Shown here in pieces: positions 51,889-61,376 of a stretch of 64,000 bases of DNA. This stretch comes from Alphaproteobacteria bacterium (GTDB taxonomy: Bacteria > Pseudomonadota > Alphaproteobacteria > UBA828), in contig CBDCQT010000010.1 in NCBI GenBank assembly GCA_965220745.1, forward strand, positions 672,001 through 736,000. Reading direction: 5' to 3'. The notes under the pieces are model-generated. The model ran no database searches. It was not told where the DNA came from and worked only from the letters and a program-made list of their open reading frames with translations. A program made the position numbers and the translations under genes. Numbering within the stretch: position 1 is the first letter of the stretch; each line of letters starts with the position of its first letter.

Positions 51889-52212
51889 CTACCCCTCCGG
51901 CTCGTTGCCCGGCAGCGGGATCGTGAGCATGAGCGAGGACAGGCTCTTGCCGTGGATGTCGAGCGCGCCGGTCGCGGTGACGCCGCCGCCCTGCACCCGC
52001 TCGATGACGAAGTTGAACGCCCCGAGCCCCGGCAGGGTGTAGCGGCGCACGGGGCCGTCCGCCAGCGGAGCGAAGGCCGCCGCCACGCGCGCCTCGGTCA
52101 GCTCGCGCTTGAGCCGCTCGTAGCCCGCCTCGTTGTAGGCGATTACCGAGACGTTGACGCTGTGCCCCTTGTCGCCGGCGCGGGCGTGGGCGAGGTCGTG
52201 CACGGTCAACAT
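51889..52212 (-). CDS. AtuA-related small protein
   Basis: HARAGDKG, VRRY.LP, GGG, LDIHGKSLS. Confidence 0.85.
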   Translation of the reverse strand: MLTVHDLAHARAGDKGHSVNVSVIAYNEAGYERLKRELTEARVAAAFAPLADGPVRRYTLPGLGAFNFVIERVQGGGVTATGALDIHGKSLSSLMLTIPLPGNEPEG

Positions 52213-53558
52213 CAGCCGGCGTCCACCACCTCGACGCGGGGCGTGACCAGATGGCGCGGCAGCAGCACAGACTGCACCGCGAGGATCTCGCGCACGCTCG
52301 CCGCGTCCCCTGCCCCGCCCGCCGGCCCGTTGGTGTAAAGCGCCGCGACCTCGAAGCCCACCGCTTCTGCCGCCTTCCTGTCCTGCGTGCGGCCGGTGAC
52401 GCGGAGCCTGACCTCGTAGGGCTCGGGCCGGCTCGCGCCCGCCCCATGCAGGCTGTCGATCCCGATCAGGCGGGCGTCCAGCGCGTCGTAGGCGAAGCCA
52501 CGCAGGCGCAGTCTCTCCGCCACGATCTCGCCAGCGAGCCGGGCGCGGGCGACCGCGTTGGGTCCGCCGTAGGAGAGCAGCCCCTCCCCCAGGTAGCCGT
52601 CGAAATAGCCGATGCTCACCTTGTGTGTATCGGTGCGCGGCTGCGCTCGCGCGCCGCGGAGTGCCACCCGATCAGGCCCCGCCTCGTCCAAGGCGATGCC
52701 GGTCATGTCCAGTACGCAGTCGGGCGTGACGTAGGCCGCCGGGTCGTCGACCTCGTAGAGCAGCTGCTCGGTGCAGGTGGCGGCGTCTATGCGCCCGCCG
52801 CTGCCGTCGCACTTGCCGATGGTGACCGAGCCTGCATCGGTCACGTCGGCGAAAGGGAAGCCGAGGCGCGCCAGGCCCGGCACGTCCTTGACGCCGGGGT
52901 CGGCGAAGTAGCCGCCGGTCACCTGGCCCGCGCATTCCAGCAGGTGACCCGTCGCCGTGGCCTGCGCGAGACTGACGTAGTCGTCGTAGTCCCAGCCGAG
53001 CGCATGGATGATAGGGCCGACGAAGAGCGAGGGGTCGGCGACCCGGCCGGTCACCACAACCGGCGCCCCCGTTTCCAGCGCAGCCGCCACCGCGTCTGCC
53101 CCGAGATAGGCGTTGGCGGACGCCATGCGCGGCAGGACGCTCTCCAGCGGCACGCCGGTCTCCATCAGCAGCAGGTCGGGGCGGGCGGTGACGGCGCCCT
53201 GCACATCGTCGCCCAGCAGCACCGCGCAACGGCGATCGTCGAGCCCGAGCTCGGCCGCGATCTCGGCCGTCTTGCGGCCCGCCGCCAGCGGATCGGCGGC
53301 GCCCATGTTGCTGAGCACGCGCACGCCTTGCGCCGCGGCCGGCGGCAGCACCGCGCGCATGCGGTCCTCAAGCTGGGGGTTGTAGCCACTCCCCTGCCCC
53401 CGCCGCAGCGCGAGGGTTTCGCGCGCGATGGTGCGCTCGGCCAGGCACTCGAAGGCGATGTAGTCGATACCGCCGCGTTCGACCAACTCGACCGCCGGCT
53501 CCCAGCGGTCGCCGGCGAAGCCCGCGCCGGAGCCGATCCGTACTCTGTCTCCTGCCAT
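52212..53558 (-). CDS. Acyclic terpene utilization AtuA (DUF1446) family
   Basis: GAGFAGDR, FECLAERT, NAYLG, GRVAD, GHLLEC, EQLLYE. Confidence 0.92.
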   Translation of the reverse strand: MAGDRVRIGSGAGFAGDRWEPAVELVERGGIDYIAFECLAERTIARETLALRRGQGSGYNPQLEDRMRAVLPPAAAQGVRVLSNMGAADPLAAGRKTAEIAAELGLDDRRCAVLLGDDVQGAVTARPDLLLMETGVPLESVLPRMASANAYLGADAVAAALETGAPVVVTGRVADPSLFVGPIIHALGWDYDDYVSLAQATATGHLLECAGQVTGGYFADPGVKDVPGLARLGFPFADVTDAGSVTIGKCDGSGGRIDAATCTEQLLYEVDDPAAYVTPDCVLDMTGIALDEAGPDRVALRGARAQPRTDTHKVSIGYFDGYLGEGLLSYGGPNAVARARLAGEIVAERLRLRGFAYDALDARLIGIDSLHGAGASRPEPYEVRLRVTGRTQDRKAAEAVGFEVAALYTNGPAGGAGDAASVREILAVQSVLLPRHLVTPRVEVVDAG

Positions 53559-53594
53559 CGCCCCTACCGACGCGGCACGGCAGGGGGATGCGCC

Positions 53595-55994
53595 CTAGGA
53601 AGCCCCGCGCGCCGCCTGAATCTTGCGCCAGAGCGAATTCGGCCTGAGGGGCAGGTCGGTGATCTCGATATCGAAGGGCTCAAGCGCATCGCAGATCGCG
53701 TTGCAGAGCGTGCCCGGCACGTCGGACGGCCGCCCCTCGCCGATGCCGCGGCTCCCCAGCGGCGTGTAGGGGCAGGGCGTCGGCGCGTGCGTCACCTTGA
53801 TGTCCGGCACGTCGGCGGCGGTCGCGAGCTTGTAGTTCTCGAAATCGGCGGTGAGCTGCTGGCCGTTCTCGTCGTAGACGAACTCCTCGAACATGGTGTT
53901 CGACAACCCCTGGACGATGGCGCCCTGCATCTGCCCCTCGACGATCTGCGGGTTGATGATCTGCCCCACGTCCTCCGACGTGGTCCAGCTCAGGATCTTG
54001 AACTGGCCGGTCTCGATATCGACCTCGACCGTGCAGACATCGGCGTTGAAGGCGATCATCGGCTTCTCGGCCTCGAAGAACGCCGTGTGCTCGAGACCGC
54101 CGGACTCGCCGTCAGGCAGGTTGATCGGCGCCATGATGACGCGCTCCACCGCCTCGCGGAACGTCTTCTTGATGTTCGCGTCCTTCTGGTAGGTGACGAA
54201 GCCGTCCGCGAAGGAGAAGTCGGCCGGCGACGCATCGGCGAGGGCCAGATCGTGGGCCATGATGCGCGCGATCTTCTCCTTCAGGAACTCGCAGGCCTGG
54301 ACCGCGGCGCTGACGAAGTAGGAGCCGGCGCGGGCGCCCACGGTGCCGGAGCCGAAGGGCGTGGTGCCCGTGTCCCCCGTGGTCACGACCACGTCATTGG
54401 GGTGGATGCCGAAGCTGTGGGCAACCGCCTGGGCCACCGTGGTCTCGTGCCCCTGCCCGCCGGGCGCGTCGCCCTCGAACACCAGCACCTTGCCGCGCGG
54501 GTCGAGCCGCACGGTCGCCGCACCATAGCCCGGCTGGTTCTCCATCGGCACGAACAGCTCGGAGGCGACGCCCGATAGCTCCACGCCGAGGCCGAAGCCG
54601 ATGCCGAGATAGCGGCCTTCGGCCCGCGCCTCCGCTTGGCGCGCGCGGAAGCCCGGCAGGTCGGCCTCTGCCATCAGGTTGTCCCACACCTTGATGAAGT
54701 CGCCGCTGTCGAAATACTCGTTGGTGATCGACATGTGGGGGAGCGTGGCGACCAGGTTCTTGCGGCGCACGTCCGCCGGCTCCATGCCGCAGCGCTTGGC
54801 CACCATGTCGATGGCACGTTCCATGGCGAAGCGCGTGGGAAACTCGCCGAAGGCGCGGGCCGGCGAGAGCGCCGACTTGTTGGTGATGGCGACCTTCACC
54901 TTGATGTCGCCGATCGGCCAGTCGTAGGCGTTGGGCAGCTCGACCGCGCCGAGGAAGGGCATCAGGAAGCCCCAGTAGACCCCCTCGCAGCCATCGCCGC
55001 AGTCGGCGAGGCCGCGATCGCGGATCGCGAGCAGCTTGCCGTCGCTCGCTGCAGCCACCTCGAGATCGTGAATCTGGTCGCGCTCCTGGCTCACCGCCAT
55101 CAGGTGCTCCTGGCGGGTCTCGATCCAGCGGATCGGACGGCCGAGCTTCTTTGCCATGTAGGCGATCAGCATGGGCTCACGGTAGAACGGCGCCTTGACG
55201 CCGAAGCCGCCGCCCTGGTCGCGCGGTGCGATGATGCGGATCTTCTCGGCGGGGATTTCGAGGATGTCCGAGAGCGCGAGGCGGTCGATATGCGGCCGCT
55301 GGGTGGTGAGCCAGCCGGTCAGGCCATCCGATTCGTCCCACTCGAAGAGCGCGCCTCTGGTCTCCATCGGTGCCACGCCGCAGCGGTGGCAGGTGAAGCG
55401 CTGCTCGATCACGATATCGGCGCTGTCGAAGACCTCCTGGACCTTGGCCTCGTGCGCCCGCTGGCTCTCCTCGTCCGCGCCGCCGGTGAAGTCCATCTGG
55501 AAGATGACGTTGTCGGGCCAGTCCTCGTGGACGATGGTGGCGCCGTCCGCGAGCGCGCTCTCGGCATCGCCGACATAGGGCAGCGGGTCGTAATCGACCT
55601 CGATGGCCTCGGCTGCGTCTGCAGCGACGTAGGGGTCGCGGGCGATGACCGCCGCCACCGGCTCGCCGTGCCACTTCACCTTGCCGACCGCGAGCGGCCA
55701 GTGCTTGGGATAGGTGGCGGGCAGCGCCGGCTGCACCACCGGCTGCGGCATGGGTAGAATCTCGTCCTTGATGTCGTCGCCGGTGACGACCGCGACGACG
55801 CCTGCCATCGCCTTGGCCGCGCTCACGTCGACGCTCTTTATCGTGGCATGCGCGTGATCGCTCCGCTTGAACACGATGTGCAACGCGCCCGGCCGCGCGA
55901 TATCGGCTAGGAACCGCCCCTTGCCCGTGATGAGGCGATGGTCTTCCTTGCGGTGGAAGTGGCTGCCGACCCAGCCTTCGCTTGTCCCGGTCAT
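53595..55994 (-). CDS. Xanthine dehydrogenase family molybdopterin-binding large subunit (CoxL-like, not CODH)
   Basis: GGGFGVK, GQGHET, INPQIVEGQ, GIGE; active-site loop PARAFGE; GGAGG RBS before ATG 55994 (alternative GTG 56012). Confidence 0.9.
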   Translation of the reverse strand: MTGTSEGWVGSHFHRKEDHRLITGKGRFLADIARPGALHIVFKRSDHAHATIKSVDVSAAKAMAGVVAVVTGDDIKDEILPMPQPVVQPALPATYPKHWPLAVGKVKWHGEPVAAVIARDPYVAADAAEAIEVDYDPLPYVGDAESALADGATIVHEDWPDNVIFQMDFTGGADEESQRAHEAKVQEVFDSADIVIEQRFTCHRCGVAPMETRGALFEWDESDGLTGWLTTQRPHIDRLALSDILEIPAEKIRIIAPRDQGGGFGVKAPFYREPMLIAYMAKKLGRPIRWIETRQEHLMAVSQERDQIHDLEVAAASDGKLLAIRDRGLADCGDGCEGVYWGFLMPFLGAVELPNAYDWPIGDIKVKVAITNKSALSPARAFGEFPTRFAMERAIDMVAKRCGMEPADVRRKNLVATLPHMSITNEYFDSGDFIKVWDNLMAEADLPGFRARQAEARAEGRYLGIGFGLGVELSGVASELFVPMENQPGYGAATVRLDPRGKVLVFEGDAPGGQGHETTVAQAVAHSFGIHPNDVVVTTGDTGTTPFGSGTVGARAGSYFVSAAVQACEFLKEKIARIMAHDLALADASPADFSFADGFVTYQKDANIKKTFREAVERVIMAPINLPDGESGGLEHTAFFEAEKPMIAFNADVCTVEVDIETGQFKILSWTTSEDVGQIINPQIVEGQMQGAIVQGLSNTMFEEFVYDENGQQLTADFENYKLATAADVPDIKVTHAPTPCPYTPLGSRGIGEGRPSDVPGTLCNAICDALEPFDIEITDLPLRPNSLWRKIQAARGAS

Positions 55995-56008
55995 CCGCTT
56001 CGCCTCCG

Positions 56009-56482
56009 TCACCTGGTCTCTTTCGCGGCCTGACGGACCGCGTCGACGATGTGCGCGTACCCAGTGCACCGGCAGAGGTTGCCGACCAGCCCGTGACGGA
56101 TCTCGTCGTCCGTCGGGTCCGGGTTCTCGCGCAGGAACTCGTCCATGTTCATCAGGATGCCCGGCGTGCAGTAGCCGCACTGCAGGGCGTGCTGCTCGTT
56201 GAAGGCGCGCTGCAAGGGCGAGAGCTCGCCGCCCTGGGCCAGGCCCTCGACGGTGGTGATCTCGTGCCCGTCGGCCTGGGCAGCGACCATCAGGCAGGAC
56301 TTCACCGCCTCGCCATCGATCTGGACCGTGCAGGCGCCGCAGACGCCCTCGTAGGTGCAGCCGATGTGGGTTCCGGTGAGCGCCGCGCGCTCGCGGATGA
56401 AGTCGACCAGCAGCATGCGGACCGGCACGGTCTCCTCGAAGACCTCGCCGTTGATCGTCACCGTGATCGTGGTGGTGCTCAT
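56009..56482 (-). CDS. 2Fe-2S small subunit (CoxS-like)
   Basis: GCTYEGVCGACT, QCGYCTPG, GNLCRCTGY. Confidence 0.95.
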   Translation of the reverse strand: MSTTTITVTINGEVFEETVPVRMLLVDFIRERAALTGTHIGCTYEGVCGACTVQIDGEAVKSCLMVAAQADGHEITTVEGLAQGGELSPLQRAFNEQHALQCGYCTPGILMNMDEFLRENPDPTDDEIRHGLVGNLCRCTGYAHIVDAVRQAAKETR

Positions 56483-56504
56483 TGCCGGGCCTCCCTTTCC
56501 GCCC

Positions 56505-57383
56505 TTAGCCGGCCGCTCGCACAAACGCCGTGGCCGTGACCTCGGCGCCGAGCGAGCGGATAAGCTGCTTGCGATAGTCGCTGTCGGCCCAGAGGTCTTC
56601 CTGGGTCTCGATCTCGTCTGCGGCCTTGGCGAGCGCCGCCGCGATGCCCACGTCATCGCCGGCATCGACGCCGACCAGGGCCTCTTCGGCGGCGCCCGAG
56701 CGCGTGGGTCCGTTCGCGAGGCCGCCGACCGCCACGCGCGCGCTGGTGCAGCGCCCGTCCTCTGCCTCCAACGCGACGCAGACCCCGATCACCGGCAGCG
56801 CGTCGGTGACGAGGCCCCACTTCTTGTAGGCGCTGCCGGCGCTCCCCTTGGCCGCCGGGATGGTGATGGCGGTGAGGATCTCGTTCTCCTCCCGCGCCGT
56901 CTCCAGCGGGCCGCCGATGAAGTCTTCCGCTGCGAGGGTGCGCGTGCCGCCGTCGGCCGCCGTCAGCTCCAACTGCGCTCCAAGCCCGATCGCGGTGGGC
57001 GGCATGCAGGCGGCGACATAGTTCCAGCATAGGCTGCCGCCGATGGTGCCCCGGTTGCGCACCTGCCGGTCGCCGACGCGCTGGGCCGCGTCGCGGAGCG
57101 CCGCACAGGCACCGGTGAGGCGTTCGTCCCGGGCGATCTCCGCGTAGCGAGTCATCGGCCCGATGCGGACCCCGTCTGCGCCGACATCGATGCCGGAGAG
57201 CCCATCCACCGCCTGAAGGTCGATCAGGCAGCGCGGGCGCACGAGGCGCGCCTTGACGGCCTGCATGAGGCTCTGGCCGCCGGCCACGAAGACCGCGTCG
57301 CCTTCGTCGTAGCGGCCGAGCGCGGCGAGCGCGTCCGCGACCGTCGCCGGCCGCACATACTCGTCGATCGGTGCTGGATACAT
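56505..57383 (-). CDS. FAD-binding medium subunit (CoxM-like)
   Basis: AGGQSL, QVRNRGTIGG, DYRK. Confidence 0.93.
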   Translation of the reverse strand: MYPAPIDEYVRPATVADALAALGRYDEGDAVFVAGGQSLMQAVKARLVRPRCLIDLQAVDGLSGIDVGADGVRIGPMTRYAEIARDERLTGACAALRDAAQRVGDRQVRNRGTIGGSLCWNYVAACMPPTAIGLGAQLELTAADGGTRTLAAEDFIGGPLETAREENEILTAITIPAAKGSAGSAYKKWGLVTDALPVIGVCVALEAEDGRCTSARVAVGGLANGPTRSGAAEEALVGVDAGDDVGIAAALAKAADEIETQEDLWADSDYRKQLIRSLGAEVTATAFVRAAG

Positions 57384-57547
57384 TGTGGCTGCTCCCCCTC
57401 GCTCACCGGCGGCGCATTATAGGTGCGGCGGGCGCTGCCATGCACGGTAGTTTGAGTCGTCTGCCAGCGGCGCCACATGTGGAGCCGCTGGCATAGGCGC
57501 GGCCGACTTGCGCCGATACGCTCCGGGTCTACGCGGCAGGGTGCGTT

Positions 57548-58066
57548 CTAGCGCACGAAGTTCTTCACGTAATCAGCACCGAGGCCGACCTCCTCGTAGT
57601 GCTCGCGCGCGCGGTCGAGGCGGTGGAAGACATCCTCGGCGCGAACGTCCCGGCCTTCCTCGTCCACGTAGTTGACCGAGCCCGAGATCGCGAAGAAGCA
57701 GTGCATCTCGGGGCAGTCGTCATCGACCACGAGGGTGTGGACCTCGCCGGGCGGCTCATAGATGTAGGTGCCCTGATCGGCGATCCAGTCGTGCTCGAGA
57801 TAGCGGAAGGCGCCCTTGAGCACGAGGCCATGGACCGGCGCCGGGTGCCGGTGGCGCGAGACGAAGCCCCCGCCAGTGACCTTGACCACCTCGCACCAGC
57901 CGCCTTGCACGGTGTTGTACATCAGCGGGCGCAGCCAGACGCCCTCCTTCAGCGGCACCCAGATGCGCTCGTCCCCAGGGTCGGTCTGGAGCACGATATC
58001 GGGCGGCGAGAAGGGGTGGGCGCTCGGCGCCGAGATGCGGGTGACGGAAGCGGCGGCCTGGCTCAT
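57548..58066 (-). CDS. Cupin, 2,4'-dihydroxyacetophenone dioxygenase-like
   Basis: RHRHP, YLEHDW.A..G, YEPPGEVHTL, HYE.VGLG. Confidence 0.85.
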   Translation of the reverse strand: MSQAAASVTRISAPSAHPFSPPDIVLQTDPGDERIWVPLKEGVWLRPLMYNTVQGGWCEVVKVTGGGFVSRHRHPAPVHGLVLKGAFRYLEHDWIADQGTYIYEPPGEVHTLVVDDDCPEMHCFFAISGSVNYVDEEGRDVRAEDVFHRLDRAREHYEEVGLGADYVKNFVR

Positions 58067-58169
58067 CGGGGCTCTCCCTTGGAGTGGGGGGCCGAGCCTA
58101 GACGATCAGTATGCTGAAGCAAGCGGCGCCGGTTGCCGAACCGCAATATGTGAGCGCAAGGGGCGCCGG

Positions 58170-58441
58170 CTAGCCCGCATTTCTCACCACGGTCACGGCC
58201 TGCGTCGCGTCCAGGCGTTCGATCCGCCAGGAGCGGGCCGAAAAGCGTATCAGGGAATACGGTTGAGGCCCGCGACGACGCGGGCGGGCACCTGGGTGCG
58301 ACCCGAAGGGCGACGCTCTCCGGCCTACAGAGTGCGTCAAGCCGCTCCCCCGATGTCCCCGCATCGCGCTTCGCGGCTTTCCTGCTCTGTAGGCCGGAGA
58401 GCGCCGCGCAGACCATGACCCTGGTGAGAAATGCGGGCTAG
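58170..58441. mobile_element. MITE-like element with 35-bp terminal inverted repeats bounded by CTAG
   Basis: 58170-58204 vs 58407-58441 inverted, 32/35; inner perfect 19-bp GTAG-type inverted pair 58314-58332 / 58385-58403. Confidence 0.85.
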
Positions 58442-58557
58442 AACCGCGCGACGCCCCAAGGGGTGTCGACACGCTGCCGCCCCTCGTAGCCGGCAAACAC
58501 ATGCGTTACGCTCGGAGCAACCAGCGCGCCGGTCAGCCGGCAAGGGCCCGAGCATCC

Positions 58558-59292
58558 ATGCCAACAAGCGAGCCTGGTAAGGCCCCAGCCTCCGTCAATC
58601 CGCCGCAGGCGGGCGTGCAGAACCTGAACGACACCGCCTACGCGACGATCAAGGACGACATCATCTCCTGCGCCCTTCAGCCGGGAGAGGAAATCTCCGA
58701 GGGCCTGCTGGTCGCGCGCTACGGCATGAGCAAGGCGCCCATCCGCAGCGCCATGATGCGCCTGCGCCAGGAAGGGCTGATCGTCTCGCGCGGGCGGCAG
58801 GGCAACGCGGTCTCCCCGGTCACGCTGCGCGACATTCAGGAGATCTTTCAGCTCCGCCTCGTGCTCGACGTCACCGCCGTGAGGCTCGCCGCCGGCAAGG
58901 TGGATGCGGTCCGCCTGCGCGCGCTCAACGAGGCCGCGCACGCGACCTATCCGGAAGGCGACAGGGCCGGCCAGGCGGCCTATCTGCGGGCCAATCGCGA
59001 GTTCCACCGCTATGTCGCGGAGTGCACCGGCAACCAGCGCCTGGTCACCCTGGTCGTCGGCCTCATGGAGCAGCACGAGCGCATCGTGCACTTGGGGCTA
59101 GCCATGCAGCGTCGGGAGCACGAGTTCCACCACTTCCACGACGATCTGGTCGACGCGCTGATCGAGGGCGATGGCGAGCGGGCCGCGGAACTGACCGAGA
59201 AAGCGCTGCGCGGCAGCCAGAGGAAGGTGATGGAAGCCCTGACCGACTCGCCGGCGCAGATCGCGCTCGGGCCTGTGGACCTCACGCCTTAG
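58558..59292 (+). CDS. GntR (FCD) family transcriptional regulator
   Basis: LQPGE, SKAPIRSA, IFQLR, NREFH, GNQRL; start uncertain. Confidence 0.92.
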   Translation: MPTSEPGKAPASVNPPQAGVQNLNDTAYATIKDDIISCALQPGEEISEGLLVARYGMSKAPIRSAMMRLRQEGLIVSRGRQGNAVSPVTLRDIQEIFQLRLVLDVTAVRLAAGKVDAVRLRALNEAAHATYPEGDRAGQAAYLRANREFHRYVAECTGNQRLVTLVVGLMEQHERIVHLGLAMQRREHEFHHFHDDLVDALIEGDGERAAELTEKALRGSQRKVMEALTDSPAQIALGPVDLTP

Positions 59293-59438
59293 AGCGCGTC
59301 CGTCTTTGACGGATGCGCGACAGGCCGCGACCGCGGCCCGCCGCGTCAGCGGCGCCCTCGCGGAGGCGCCGGCCGCAGGCCGGCTGCCGTGAGCGACAAA
59401 GTGAGAGAGCGTTTCCGTGCGAAACGGAAATGCTCTAG
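59289..59438 (+). repeat. TAGAGC-ended double-hairpin repeat, copy 4 (starts at the TAG stop of the GntR gene)
   Basis: TTAGAGCG...TGCTCTAG. Confidence 0.88.
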
Positions 59439-59479
59439 CCACGCGGCGCCACCCTCGCGCCGACACCTCTGCTCTTGAC

Positions 59480-60100
59480 ATGTCACACGACATGTCACAA
59501 CGTTCCTCCATGGCGACGATGCTCAGGCTATGGGCGCCGGTTGTCGCCCTCACCGTGGCGCTGGCGGCGACCGAGGCGCGCGCCAATCCGGACGTATGGG
59601 TCGAGACCACGATCACCGTGGCGTTCGACGAGCAACGGGTCAGCGGCCTGGATTTTTCGTGGACGTTCGACGACTTCTACAGCGCCCACACCATCCAAAC
59701 CTACGATCTGGATGGGGACGGAACGCTCAATTCGCTTGAGGTCAGGAACCTGCGCGCCGAGACCTTCGATCCGCTCTCACCGGCCAATTATTTCGTGCAC
59801 ATCTGGTCGGGAGAGGAGAAACAGGAGGGGTTCGAGGTGGATCGGTTTGCGGCGCGGATCGAGCAGGCGCAACTCGTCTACGAATTTTCCGTGGGCCTTA
59901 CGCCTCCCCTCGATCCGAAAGCAGAACCGGTGACCGTCAGCCTGTTCGATCGCGATGTTTTCGTGGATTTCAGCTTTTCCGATTCCCCCTTCCTTCTGGT
60001 TAGCGGCGAGATGACTCCGGGATGCAAGTTCCGCGTTGCGTGCGGCGAGGGTGCGCAGTCCGGCCATCCCCAGCCGGTCACGCTCGCCTGCGAGGGATAG
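59480..60100 (+). CDS. DUF1007 family periplasmic protein
   Basis: Signal peptide, WTFDDFYS, DLDGDGTL EF-hand-like loop; directly upstream of a Ni/Co transporter; start uncertain. Confidence 0.78.
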   Translation: MSHDMSQRSSMATMLRLWAPVVALTVALAATEARANPDVWVETTITVAFDEQRVSGLDFSWTFDDFYSAHTIQTYDLDGDGTLNSLEVRNLRAETFDPLSPANYFVHIWSGEEKQEGFEVDRFAARIEQAQLVYEFSVGLTPPLDPKAEPVTVSLFDRDVFVDFSFSDSPFLLVSGEMTPGCKFRVACGEGAQSGHPQPVTLACEG

Positions 60101-60106
60101 ACCCCG

Positions 60107-61144
60107 ATGAGTCGCCGGCCCCGCAGACGCCGTCTCCGCAGACCGCTCGCGCTGCTGGGTCTGGCGTGCGTATTGCTTCTGACGAGCCTGTTCGCGGCGC
60201 CGCTCGCGCTCTCGCAGACCGACTCCGCAGCGCCCGCACCGGCCCCCGTCGAGGTCGAGATCGTCGAGGAGGGCGGCGGCCTGTTCGACGGGGTGTCGGA
60301 CTTCCTGATGGACTTCCAGCGCCGCGCCAACGCCGAGGTGGCCTTCCACATGAACGCCATCGAGCGAGGCGAAAATCTCGGTGCCCTCTTCCTGGCCCTT
60401 GCGGTCGCGTTCGCCTACGGCGCCATCCACGCATTCGGGCCGGGGCACGGGAAGTTCGTCGTCGTCTCCTACTTCCTCGGGCGCGAGGCGCGGGTGATGC
60501 GCGGCGTGGTGATGGCCCTGCAGATCGCCATCGTCCACGTCATCGCCGCCATCGTCATCGTCTGGCTCGCCGACCTCGTGCTGCGCGGCGGCTTCGGACT
60601 GGGGCTCTCGGACGTACCCGGCGTGCGCGCCGCGAGCTTCCTCATCATCGTCGGCATCGGCCTCTACATGCTCTACCAGGCTGTCCGCGCCTCGCTGAAA
60701 GCACGCTCAGATGATGCGCACGCACACGGCCACGGTCACAGCCCGCCTCACCGTCACGATCACCCGCACCCTCATGACCACGGCCACCATCACCATCACG
60801 GCCACAGCCACGGCGGCAAGGCGGAAGGCGGCATCCTGGCGCTCGCAGCCGGCATGGTCCCCTGCCCCGGTGCCGTGCTGATCATGCTCTACGCGGTGGC
60901 GAACGACATGATCGTTCCGGGCTCGCTGCTAGTCGCGGCGATGTCGCTCGGCATCGGGTCCAGCATCTGCGTGCTTGGGGTCGGCGCCATCCTCGCAAGG
61001 CAGGCCGCGATGCGGATGATGGAGCGCTCGGGCGGCGGCGGGGCCAACGCGCTCCGGCACGGCATGAACTACGCAGGCGCCGCCCTGGTCACACTCGTCG
61101 GCCTGGTCTCGTTCATCGCCTTTCTCAACACGCCGCTCGGCTGA
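60107..61144 (+). CDS. Nickel/cobalt transporter (RcnA/NicO family)
   Basis: YGAIHAFGPGHGK, His-rich loop, GMVPCPGA. Confidence 0.9.
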   Translation: MSRRPRRRRLRRPLALLGLACVLLLTSLFAAPLALSQTDSAAPAPAPVEVEIVEEGGGLFDGVSDFLMDFQRRANAEVAFHMNAIERGENLGALFLALAVAFAYGAIHAFGPGHGKFVVVSYFLGREARVMRGVVMALQIAIVHVIAAIVIVWLADLVLRGGFGLGLSDVPGVRAASFLIIVGIGLYMLYQAVRASLKARSDDAHAHGHGHSPPHRHDHPHPHDHGHHHHHGHSHGGKAEGGILALAAGMVPCPGAVLIMLYAVANDMIVPGSLLVAAMSLGIGSSICVLGVGAILARQAAMRMMERSGGGGANALRHGMNYAGAALVTLVGLVSFIAFLNTPLG

Positions 61145-61187
61145 CGGGCGGCAATCGCCGCCGGCGTCGGCTGCGCCGACGAGGACG

Positions 61188-61313
61188 TCACCGCCCCCGG
61201 CTGAGCACCGCTTGACCCAACTTCCGCAGCCCGTCGATGCGGGTCACGATGAAGATGGCGAGCGCCGTGACGACGATGGAGGGGCCGGAGGGCGACATGC
61301 TCCCTGCCGTCAT
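61188..61313 (-). pseudogene. Remnant of divergent zinc-uptake operon: short leader fused to a ZnuB-like C-terminus
   Basis: Hand translation MTAGSMS-PSGPSIVVTALAIFIVTRIDGLRKLGQAVLSRGR*; GGAGGG RBS; PSGPSIVV is typical of the last ZnuB helix. Confidence 0.65.
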
Positions 61314-61376
61314 GCCCTCCGCATTCTTGGCGCTTGCCCCTGACGCCCGGCTTCCGAGGGTCAGTGTACAAGCGCA

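Noticed and set aside
53595-57383. Aerobic CO dehydrogenase
   Set aside because: Lacks AYxCSFR and AYxGAGR loops and cox accessory genes.
60715-60812. CAC/CAT-rich repeats here and at about 61828-61950
   Set aside because: They encode normal His-rich loops of RcnA/NicO and ZnuA.
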